Positions 38,089 to 49,005 of a stretch of 64,000 nt of DNA are shown here, one piece after another; position 1 is the first letter of the stretch; each line of letters begins with the position of its first letter. The position numbers were made by a program, and so were the translations under genes. The DNA is from Yuukianura sp. NJ FZ-2021 (taxonomy: Eukaryota): contig CM102289.1 of assembly GCA_046563655.1 (NCBI GenBank), positions 6,820,001 through 6,884,000 on the forward strand. Reading direction: 5' to 3'. The notes below the pieces were generated by a model. It searched no databases, was not told the DNA's origin, and was given only the letters and a program-made list of their open reading frames with translations.

Positions 38089-39150
38089 TCAAACAATAAT
38101 GTTGTCTATGAGGCGAGTAGAATTCAACATGGCCGCTACTAGGATTACGAGTTGTTGACCCGAATCTTCGGAAGTCGGCAACTCCAGATTATGCTTTCTT
38201 ATTGTCAAATATTCCACTACGAAACCTAGCTTGGCCAAATGTTCAGTTCCATTGACTTCCAAAGCTTTAAAATTTGAATTTCCCGCTTCCACTTCATGTT
38301 TGATATTTGCTAAAGTTTTGTAGATTGAACTTGCCGCCATCCTTTCCTCGTCACTCAAGTAGTTGTTTCTGGAAGACATCGCTAGGCCAGACGGTTCTCT
38401 TTTAGTGGGAACTGAAATTACTTCCAGGCCCATATGAAGGTCAGCCACAATTTGTCGAATGACTTGGAGTTGTTGCCAGTCTTTTTCTCCAAAAACTACT
38501 GCGCATGGACGTGTCAAGTTGATCAAAATCGTCACAACGGTTGCCACGCCCTCAAAAAATCCAGGCCGATGCTCTCCTTCTAAAATCCTGCAACATTCAA
38601 TCCTAAATTGTAAAACCCTAAACCAAATGTAGCAAATGTGATTGGATTTTTTAGTACTGACTGATGAGAGTGTTAACTCTTACTTGCCAATTGGTCCAAC
38701 ATTTACGGTTGTAGCTATCGGATACTTGGGATAAATTTGCTGGATGGATTCTGGAGCAAATAAGTAGTGACATCCCACCTTCTCCAGTTTTTTTGAATCT
38801 TGTTCCAACGTTCTCGGGTATTTCCCAAAATCGTTATTCTGTGGATTTTTGGAAGTAAATTGAAGTGGGTTCACAAATATTGTGACCATGACTTTGTCTT
38901 TTGGAAACAAAGTGAGACCCTTGGTCACCAAATCCAAATGACCTTGATGTAGATTCCCCATTGTAGTAACGAGAACAAGCCGTGACCCTTGACCTTGGAG
39001 AGCTGATATTTCAGCTCTCAGAGCTTTGACAGTTGTGATGACCTTCATTTTTATGGAACAGGAGCACAGCGTTCTCAATCGCCTGACCAAACTAGACTGA
39101 CTGAATTCATGATCCAATAACAACCTTTGTACCGTATGAGCAGCAAGCAT
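38089..39150 (-). CDS. panC: Pantoate--beta-alanine ligase (pantothenate synthetase); 2 exons (39150 or 39048 to 38684, and 38587-38089), 321 or 287 aa
   Basis: TMGNLHQGH (HIGH-like motif), IFVNPLQF, YPRTLEQD, LEGEHRPGFFEGVATVV (spanning a 96-nt GT-AG intron at 38683-38588), FGEKDWQQ, REPSGLAMSSRN and RLIDN are all diagnostic PanC motifs. Confidence 0.96.
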
Positions 39151-39385
39151 AAGAATTTTCTCTGAAACTTCTTTTCTCACGATTAATGTTCATGTTGAAC
39201 CAAAGAAATTCCAAATGGAAAATCGGTTGCATTGGTTTTTAATAGTAAAAGGAAATTGCACAGTGCAGTTTAAAAAAAGTTCAATATTTTTTTTTATAAT
39301 TCACAGTAAATATATGGTCCATATGATATATTTCCACATACGACAATATTTGAGACAGTAGCTGGTTCGCCATACACTTCCAATG

Positions 39386-42300
39386 TTAAACATTTGTAGT
39401 GTGCTGACTGTGTGGTGATGGTTGACTTGCGGCAGCCGAAGCCGTTTGTACCGGACACAAACTTGCACGACGAATAGACTTCCTGCGTTTTCTATCATAA
39501 TCTGGATGAATACTCCAAAATTTATTTCCTCTCCCGAAATCATCTGCATCTTCAATTGTTTCTGGCAAATGTTGGCGCAGTGTCTCTGGTAAAAATGCTG
39601 CCAATATGGCTCCAATGAATGCAATCAAACTCATCACCAAATATGGAGCACCGGAGTAGATTTTTGCCTAAAAAATTGGCCATTGCAAAACCAAAATTTG
39701 GTGAATTCGATGAAAATTTGAGCTGCATTTGAGATTTTTTAACAACTGTTACCGTGTAAACAATGTATGGAGTCAAAAGGCCTAGAGATGATGAAATTGT
39801 TGAAGAAACGGCGCTTCCCGTAGCACGTAGTGGAGTGGGGAATAGTTCAGTAGCTTGAACAAGGACGACGTAAGTTGTTATCGTTACTGCAAACCTGAGA
39901 CAAAAGCAATTGTGTTAAATAATGCTTTCAAATAAGTTTTAAGAGTTAATTAATTAGCATACTTTGACAACATAATGCAGGTAATGATTAGTGATTCATT
40001 GTTTTGTGGACCTGCTCCTGCCACAAAACTCACGATAGCCATGAAGATACTAAACAGCACTGGCGTCCATCGTCGACCCAAAGAACCAATCATGAATCCC
40101 GCCGCAAAACTTGCAGGGAGTTCCACAATTGCGAGGATGAAGAAATTCAGAAACTGATTTCCACCCATATACGGTGCATTTAGAGTAATTACGTCATAGA
40201 TCATGATGTGAATTGCACTAACATAATAATAAAAATTAAAATTTTGCATTTTAAATTACATTTTAAGTTTCAGGTGATGGGAAAATAAAAATTACAAAAT
40301 TACCCTAAAACTGAAACGAGACAAGTGATCATAGTTAGCCGTTTTGTTGTAAAGAGCGTCCAGAATCCCATAACTTTTCTGTCTTTTTCTTTCTCCAAAT
40401 CCACTAACTTTTTTATAACTGCGACAAGTTCATCTTCAGTAATTTTATGCTGTGTGCCGTTGACTTTTGTAACTTGGCGCATAATTTTTGCGGCATCGTT
40501 GACTCTGCCCATAGTCACAAGCCAGCGAGGAGATTCCGGTAAAAATGGAAATATTAGAAGAATGAGAAATCCCTGCGATGTGACGCAAATGCCCAGAACA
40601 TACCAAAATCTTGAAAGATATGCAATTAATCTGAAAATAAGCATTATTTTTCTTTCATGTTAACCAAAAAAAAATTTCGTCAAAATTTGGAGAAATTACG
40701 GCACTGCAATCATTCCAAATACCCATGCTACATAGCCCATTGTATATGTCCAAGCTCTGTATTCTAAAAAAAAACTGTAAACTTTAGAAATGTTTAAACC
40801 AAATTTTTGAAAAAAAAACACACCATTGTCACAAAATTCAGCCATCAAAAGTGGCGGAAGGGAGTAGATCATTGCAAAACCGGAAGCGGCAATGAACGTA
40901 CAGCTCAAGTATAACCAGTAGATGTGTGTTACACAGTAACTGACTGATATAAACACCAAGTATAGTACTAGGGAAAACAGTAGCATTGGTTTCCGTCCAA
41001 ATCTGAAATGTCAAAAAATACCAGAACGTCTTTAGAAATTGCAACTTCAGTCATTTGCCAAAATGTTCGCCTTACATGTCCGCTAGTGGTCCAAAAACAA
41101 CGTTGCCAACGAATAGTCCACTTCCGGCTATGGTAAAAACTTTGGTGGGATAATAATCTTTTTTATAAGCGACATATGGAGTTAAAAGGTTGAGAGTTGA
41201 TGTAATTGCTGAAGAAACGGCGCTTCCCGTAGCGCGTAGTGGCGTAGGGAATAGTTCAGTAGCTTGAACATAGACGACGTAAGTTGTTATCGTTACTGCA
41301 AACCTGAGACAAAAGCAATTGAAGTAAATCCATATTTCAAATTTTTAAAAGTTAATTAATTAGCATACTTTGACAACATAATGCAGGTAATGATTAGTGA
41401 TTCATTGTTTTGTGGACCTGCTCCTGCCACAAAACTCACGATAGCCATGAAGATACTAAACAGTACTGGCGTCCATCGTCGACCCAAAGAACCAATCATG
41501 AATCCCGCCACAACACTTGCAGGGAGTTCCACAATGGCGAGGATGAAAAAATTCAGGAATTGGTTTCCACCCATATACGGTGTATTTAGAGTAATTATGT
41601 CATAGATCATGATACTAATTGCACTAAAATAGTAATCAAAATTAAAAATTTACATTTTTAAGCAAATCATTAAGCTTCACGTAATCGGAAAAAAAGTTAC
41701 CATAAAACTGAAATTAGGCAAGTGATCATAGTGAGCCGTTTTGTTGTAAATAGCGTCCAGAATCCCATAACTTTTCTGTCTTTTTCTTTCTCCAAGTCCA
41801 CTAACTTTTGTATGACTGCAACAAGTTCTTCGTCAGTAATTTTGTGTTGTGTGCCGTTGACTTTTGTAACTTGGCGCATAATTTTTGCGGCATCGTTGAC
41901 TCTGCCCATGGTCACAAGCCAGCGAGGAGATTCCGGTAAAAATGGAAATATCACAAGAATCAGAAATCCCGGCAATGTGACGCACATACTCAGAACATAC
42001 CAAGTTCTTGAAAGATACGCAATTAATCTGAAACAAGCATTGTTTTCAGTTATCTTAACAAAAAAAAAACGTCAAAATTTTGAAAAATTACGGTATTGTA
42101 GCCATTCCAAATACCCAAGCTACCCAGCCCATTGTATATGTCCAAGCTCTGTATCCTAAAAAAATTTAAAAACTACAGAAATGTTTGAAAACAATTTTTT
42201 TTAAAGAAAAACGCACCATTGTCACAAAATTCAGCCATCAGAAGTGGTGGCAGGGTGTAGACCATTGTAAACCCAGAAGCGGAAATGAACGTACAAGTCA

Positions 42301-43156
42301 AGTATAACCAGTAGATGTGTGTTACAAAGTAACTGATTGATATAGACATCAAATATAATACTAGGCAGAACAGCAGCATTGATTTGCGTCCAAACCTGAA
42401 ATTCCAAAAACTAAAATAAAATCTTCAGAAAATCAAAACGAAACTTCTTCATCCAATTTATATGCTCGTCTTACTTATCCGCTAGTGGTCCAAAAACAAT
42501 GCTGCCCACGAAAAACCCACTTCCGCCTATGGTAAAAACTTTGGTAGGATAAAAATCTTTTTCGCAAATCCAGAGATTGTCAGTAGCAATGGTCCGTTCA
42601 AAATCTTGTTTACTAAAAGTCCATCCATTTTGGCATGACATTGTCGCCGTCGTGTTGTAATCTTCAGTGAACGTAAAATTGTACATTGTACAGCTACTAA
42701 ATTTTTCAGTTGTATCCAAACCAGATTCCCTTCAATAAAAATTAAATTGCGGTAAAGCTTTATCTCGAAAAAATGAAGCTTCTAAACAGATTTGTAAAAA
42801 TTGATTTTACTTTGGAATGTTTTTGATTTTCCACTCTTCCAAGGCTGAACCTTCCAGAAGTTCTGGAGGACTGCAAAAGTGTTCTGGAATGAACATTGTA
42901 AAAATGCCGGTAAAAGACATTAGAGCCATTATAAACGAAAGTGGCATCAAAGCACCGTAGAGTACATATTTTTGGTAACGTCCATTTGACCCCACAAACT
43001 CCAAAAGGTCATCGAACTCCTCCATGTCTTCACCAACCTAATACATATTCGAATTAGAATATATTGTGACTTTTTTATATAAAATTTTACACATACTTTG
43101 TGGTTTTCTTTGTCCAGTTTCAGGTCGAATTCACCATTTTTATTTTTTTCACTCAT
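39386..43156 (-). CDS. SLC22 (organic cation transporter-like, MFS) double-length fusion gene; 14 exons, ~947 aa
   Basis: Exons 43156-43097, 43037-42811, 42729-42475, 42395-42217, 42155-42092, 42027-41701, 41623-41369, 41303-41076 (chimeric), 41002-40824, 40763-40700, 40630-40304, 40217-39963, 39894-39753 and 39667-39386. All introns are GT-AG and in frame. It has two sets of LAD.FGRK, PESPRWL and ELFPT motifs but a single LPET. Confidence 0.8.
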
Positions 43157-44571
43157 CGTTCCAACAAAATTTCACTGAAAATTAAATTCCAGCCTAACTG
43201 TGTTATAATAAATTTTTGAATAAGTAGAGAGATTCCACTGGCCGAGGCAACGCAGAAGTGCTAACACTAAAACTAGCAATTTTTTAATCTCAAAGTGAGT
43301 GTTGCAGTGACCAGTGGTGACCTCAGGAAAGATTGGCTTCAATTTCCAAGGTGATAGACACAAAAAACTAAAGAACATCATTACACTTCATAGAAAGATG
43401 CGACTTTTGGAAAACTAAAGCAACACTTGAGCTTAAGTATGTGTTTAAGTAGGATTATCCAAAGTGTTTTATTCATTTACTGGACTGGGATAAACAAAAA
43501 AAAATTAACAAAACAAATACGAAAGTGGAAATGGAAATTCATGTTTGGGTAGTGTACGAAAAATGAAAATTAAAAGCTCTTCTGTTCTATTAATTAAGTT
43601 AAAGGTTAAGTTAAGGCAAAAGTGTTCCAGATTTAAAAAACTGACTGTTTGAAAAACTCTGGTCTGGCTGAGGAGGCCAGACTGAGTGCTAAAGTTAGCT
43701 GCAAAATTTTTAGTTAGGTTTGGATGTGTACTTTTGGTAGAGTTGTTTGAAATTGCACGGTGATAGACTACATAAAAAACCTTAACAACAACATATGAAG
43801 ATGCGAAAGTAGATCTCTCCAGCGGAGCGGAACGATTTTGTGGTCATAAGGTTAATCCAAAGTGTGGTTTGATTTTTTACTAGAAACAACAAGTTCTCGC
43901 TTTCTGGTGTCACTCTTACAACATCAAGTAAGAAATGTCTCGACGCCACTAAATTTCCAAATTACAAAAACCACAAACTCAAATGTTGTGAACTTCTTGA
44001 AAATTTTCAAAATTCTGAGTAATGTTCCAGACAGGCTTTTGAAAAAGTGTCAAAAACGAAAAACCAAGACGCTCTAGAATTCTATTTCAATTTGTCCTTA
44101 ACCATATTTGAAAAGACCACAATTCTGCTTACTTCAAAATTATGTCGCCGCAGAGCAGCATCTTTAAAGTATTTGCTAAGCTTCAATGTTATGAATGTCA
44201 TTTAGCTATAAATTGTAACGAAATTTTATTTTTGTTCTTTTCGTAGTGAGTCTGAGCAGTGTCATCTCATTTTAAGTATTTGAGCATGTGGCCCACTTGA
44301 GACATGTTTATTGTTTCAACCGGTTCAAAATTTTTGATGTCACGTCCTGTGGTTGCCATTCACTTGAGAAATAGTCTGTCACTGCAGAGATTCAGTTAAA
44401 TGTACTCATTTTGTATGTTCTACGTGTGGTTTTTGCGGTGGGGATAAACATTAACAAAGACTAACACAAGTCTAAAACTAAATCTATACAACTACATGAA
44501 TCATAGAATTAATTATAAGTAAATTTTACATGAAACTTTTACACTACGTTAGTTAAATCTTATTTAATAAA

Positions 44572-47146
44572 TTAGGCAATAGTGCTAAGTTCAGTTGCCA
44601 TTGGTAGCGTACTGATTGGCGAGATTCCCTGAGAACTCGTACTTGATCTCCGTATTGACTTCCTTCGTTTTCTGTCAGAATAATTTGGCTGTAGACTCCA
44701 GAACTTGTCTCCCCGCCCAAAGTCATCCGCATCTTCAATAGTTTCTGGCAAATGCTGCCGCAGTGTTTCTGGTAAAAAGGCGGAAAATGTTGCACCAATT
44801 ATTGCTAAGAGAGCCATCACGAGATAGGGAGCACCGGAGTACAATTTGGCCTAAAAAGATACATTTTCAAAAAAAATTCCAAAAATTTTGAGATTTCTAT
44901 ATTAAAGTCTTACGGTGTATACGACTGTTGCATTTAGCAATCCAAGTAATGCTGCACAAGTTGAACATACTGCACTGCCGGTAACTCGAAGTGGAGTAGG
45001 GAAGAGTTCTGTCGCTTGAACATAGGCGACGTAGATGGTAACAGTCACTATAAACCTTTCAAGTAAGAAAAATGCAATATTAAATTTTGAAAAACAAAAA
45101 TTCGAAAAGGCTACATACTTACTTGGCTAACAGAATGCAAGTGACGGTTACAGTTGACCAATCTTGTGGAACTGCTCCAGCGACTGCGCATACACCAGCC
45201 AATAGAAATCCATAGAATACTGGCGTCCATCTTCTGCCCAACGTTCCAATCATGTAACCTCCCAAAACACTTCCAGGAAGTTCCACTGTTGCCAGTAAGA
45301 AGAAATTCAAAAATTGGTTTCCACTCATATACGGCGTGTTCAGCGTAATTTGTTCGTAAATCATGGTATTTGTTGTCCTGAAATTTTTGTTCAACTGTTA
45401 AAATTAGTTGTCATTACCTCCTGATTTTTTTTTAGAAAAAATTTAATGATTTATGAAAAATTTACCAAGCTATTGAAATCAAAGTGGTAATCATAATTAG
45501 TCGCTTCGTACTAAACAGTGTCCAGAATCCAAGAACTTGGTTATCCTTTTTCTTCTCCAAATCCACCAACTTTTTTAATATGACTTCCATTTCAAAATCG
45601 GTAAGCTTCGCTTCTGTTCCATTGACTTTTGTAATTTGGCGCATAATTTTTGCGGCTTCACTAACACGGCCCATATTCACAAGCCAACGAGGTGACTCTG
45701 GCATAAATGGATATAAGATGAAAATCAGGAATCCTGGAACAATCAAGCCCAGACTCAAAACAAACCACGTTCTGGACACCCATGCAATGAGTCTGCAAGA
45801 TGAACAAAAAAGGATAGATTGAAATTTTGTTTTCGTTTTCTTGAAATTTGAGAATTTTTGAAAAAAAAAATTGTGAAAAATTACGGTACTGTAGCCATTC
45901 CCAAAACCCAGGCAATCCAACTTGCTGTGTAAGTCCATGCTCTGTATTCTAAAAAGTTAAAAAAAATCAATTTCCCCTTTCTGAATTACTTTATTAAAAT
46001 TTGCATGTAAAAGTTTGAATTCAAATTCGGAGTTAAGCAATTTAAAACTCAAAAAATGTGAAAATTTTTTAAATACTAATTACCATTGTCGCATAGTTCA
46101 GCCATCAAAAGTGGTGGAATAGAGTAGACCATTGGAAATCCCATTGCGTAGAGGAATGTAGCTCCCAAGTACAGAATGTAAATGTGAGTTACAAAAAAAC
46201 TGATCATGGCAAAAACCATGTACAACGCTAACGAAATCCATAACAAAGGTTTCCTGCCATACCTAGAATTTCAAACAAATCAAAATTTTGAAAATGTTTG
46301 AAAAAGTATTTTGAAAATTAACTAAACGGTTTTACTTGTCAGCCAATGGTCCAAACACTATGTTGCCAACGAAGATGCCAATGGCAGACGTGGTAAAGAC
46401 ATTGGTTGGAAAGAAGTCTTTGTCACAAACCCACAAATTGTCAGTTGCAATCGTGCTGTCAAAATCGTCTTTACTAAAAATCCATCCATTTGGACAAGAA
46501 ATGGTCTCGTCATGGTTGATGTCTCCAGATGGAGTTGAATTGTACATTCTGCAGCTACTGTATTTTTCAATTCCGTCTAACGTAGTTTCTCTATAAAGTA
46601 GTTAAAGTTATTAAAAATTACAAAATTTTATTACTTTTTAAAATAAATTTTTTGGAATGTTCCGTTTTTCAGTAAATTCTTGTGGAAGCTAACTTTGGAA
46701 TATATAGAACCTTCCACTCTTCAAGCGCAGCTCCCTCCAGTGCCGTTTCTGGACTACAGAAATGCTCGGGTATAAAAAGTGAAAATACGTTACTGTAGGA
46801 CAAGAGAGCCAAGATGTATGAAATTGGAACCAGAGCACCGTAAAGCATCCATTTTTGGTACGGCCCACTCGCACCTACAAAATCCAAGAGGTCATCGAAC
46901 TCTTCCATTTTTTCGGCGGCCTAAACATACAACGCAAACAAAAAAAATCACAACCGATTTCAAAATTTATATACAAAATTTGGTACTGGACATTTTTTTT
47001 CTCAAATTGTTAAGTTTACTTACGATTGTGGCCGACATGCTCATTTTTTTGTGTTGAGGTGTCACTCCGTTTGGTTCAGTTGACGTGACCTGTGACATTG
47101 GGAAGTCCAGTGGCCCGTACTTCCCCTCCTTTCCAGTTTCCTCCAT
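44572..47146 (-). CDS. SLC22 organic cation transporter-like protein, normal 12-TM copy; 9 exons, the first at 47146-47024
   Basis: MEEFDDLLDFVG segment, Cys-containing first extracellular loop, GPLADK/YGRK, MPESPRWL, ELFPTPLR and FLPET. The upstream exon MEETGKEG... splices in frame at 46920. Confidence 0.9.
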
Positions 47147-49005
47147 GCTAAATTATTTGAAGCGGAAAACTTGAACTTCTAGCAAGTCTCCTTCGTCAGT
47201 GAATGACTCTGCCAAAAACCTTCACTTTTCACTTTAATTTATTCTAAATTCATCATCACCAGGGACATCGAGTATAAAAAGAGACACAACAGAGGTCAGA
47301 CCCACTTAAAATTCTAATTGACTCTTATTCAGGCTAATCCACTCTTAGTTCCTAATTTACTAAGTAGACCGAATAGGAACAATATTTAGTCTACGAAGTT
47401 CATGATGCTACTGGAACAAATTCAATGGAAACATTTGAGTAAAAGTCTTTTAATAGGACAATCAGAAATGATTAAAGCCATAGTCTTTCAGAGACAGTGT
47501 TTAACCTTCCGGTAACTAAACAATTAGTTATGTAGGAAGCTAAGCTCTTTGACTTTGGTATTTAAGAAAAAGCCACAGGATTTATCTAAACCAATTTTTA
47601 TTACGACTTCTGTCTTCCTAGTACCTACTACGGTGTAGTAGTTTTGGTTTTTGCTTCGTCAATAACATACTTAAACTCTTGTTAAAAGTTGATTACCCTT
47701 TGACTCTTTATTCTATTGTTAGTAAAGTGTATTCGTAATTTATGAGCAATTTTCGCTGAGGAATTGAAATAGTTAGGTTAAACATTGCCATTCTCAATTG
47801 TGAATATGATTTCGATCACGGCAAATAATCTTTGACCCTAAGGGGAATAAACTCGAGGGAACTGAATTTGCACAATTTTTGCAAATTTCTGCACAGCGAT
47901 GCAAATCCTATTTTCACACAAACTCAAATCGAGGTGTGATGAATTTGCGAATTGTTAATAGTACGAGGACATGCTAGAGGTTGAGTTGACAATAGAAAGG
48001 AAATGATGCAAAAAAAAAGCAAGAACTGGTTTAATGGCGTTCATCACCTTGGCTAGGTTAAGTTAATCTACAATATTGGTGTTTTTCACATCATTATTGT
48101 TAAAGTGGATTTAGATAAAGTTAATTAATTGGAATGGTTGGACAGGTGAATTAATTTGCACTTAAGTATTTCTATTGCTTTCTAAGGCGAGAGTTGTGAA
48201 TGTTTGCTAAATTTGGAATTTAGGTAAACCTGGAGTGGTTTAGCATGTCGTACGAAAAAGGACATGTTTTAACCTTGCAAAATGAAACGTACTACCGTGA
48301 AGGTCAACGCGATGAAATTAAAACCAACCTTAGAATATGGTTCCTTACTATTGTTTCGAATGAATTGTCTCTAACGGAAAAGTTTCGAAACATTATTGTA
48401 AAAAACCTGACATACCTTTTAACACATTAGAAACAAAACAAAATAGAAGCAATTCTACTATAGAACCCTACGGCGTGCTTAATCACTTGCATAACAAAAT
48501 TGGCGTATCTTGCAAAAAAATTAAACTAACCTTGAAATTTTTCATACGTCAATGTTTAAAAAAAAAACTAACCGTAAGGTCAACGGCTAAACTAACTACT
48601 ACTTAGGGAGTAAGTAATTAGTTATTCAAGAATAGAATGAAGTAATCTACAACATTGAACTGCTTCTAACTTCAATTCATTATGACGTTAATTGAATATT
48701 CCCACTCATCACCAGATTTCCAGTTTTCCCTCCAACTTACAAAATTTCAATTTACTACTGAATTCAGCTAAATAATAAAAAAAAATCTTTTCGTATACCA
48801 TTTTCTTGTGCTCGTCACACTCACAATCTTCTTTTGCGAATTTATTTTGTGATCATGGATTGTAAACCGGTTTTTCTTCATAAATTGCAATAAAAAGGGA
48901 ATAAGCTATGCAAATGAAGGAATCATGTAAATTAGTCACCTTAAAAGCAGCGCACAATAAGGTTTACTGCTCAACTTTATTTTGTATAAGGCTGGTCGAC
49001 ACAAA

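Noticed and set aside
36251..39150. Bacterial contamination as the source of panC and the BP74-like genes
   Set aside because: Each gene has a GT-AG intron, base composition resembles the neighbours and the genes are contiguous with arthropod-type genes.
39386..41160. Treating the downstream SLC22 half as a separate gene
   Set aside because: It has no start exon, TM1 or splice acceptor of its own. Its first sequence is continuous with the upstream paralogue's exon.
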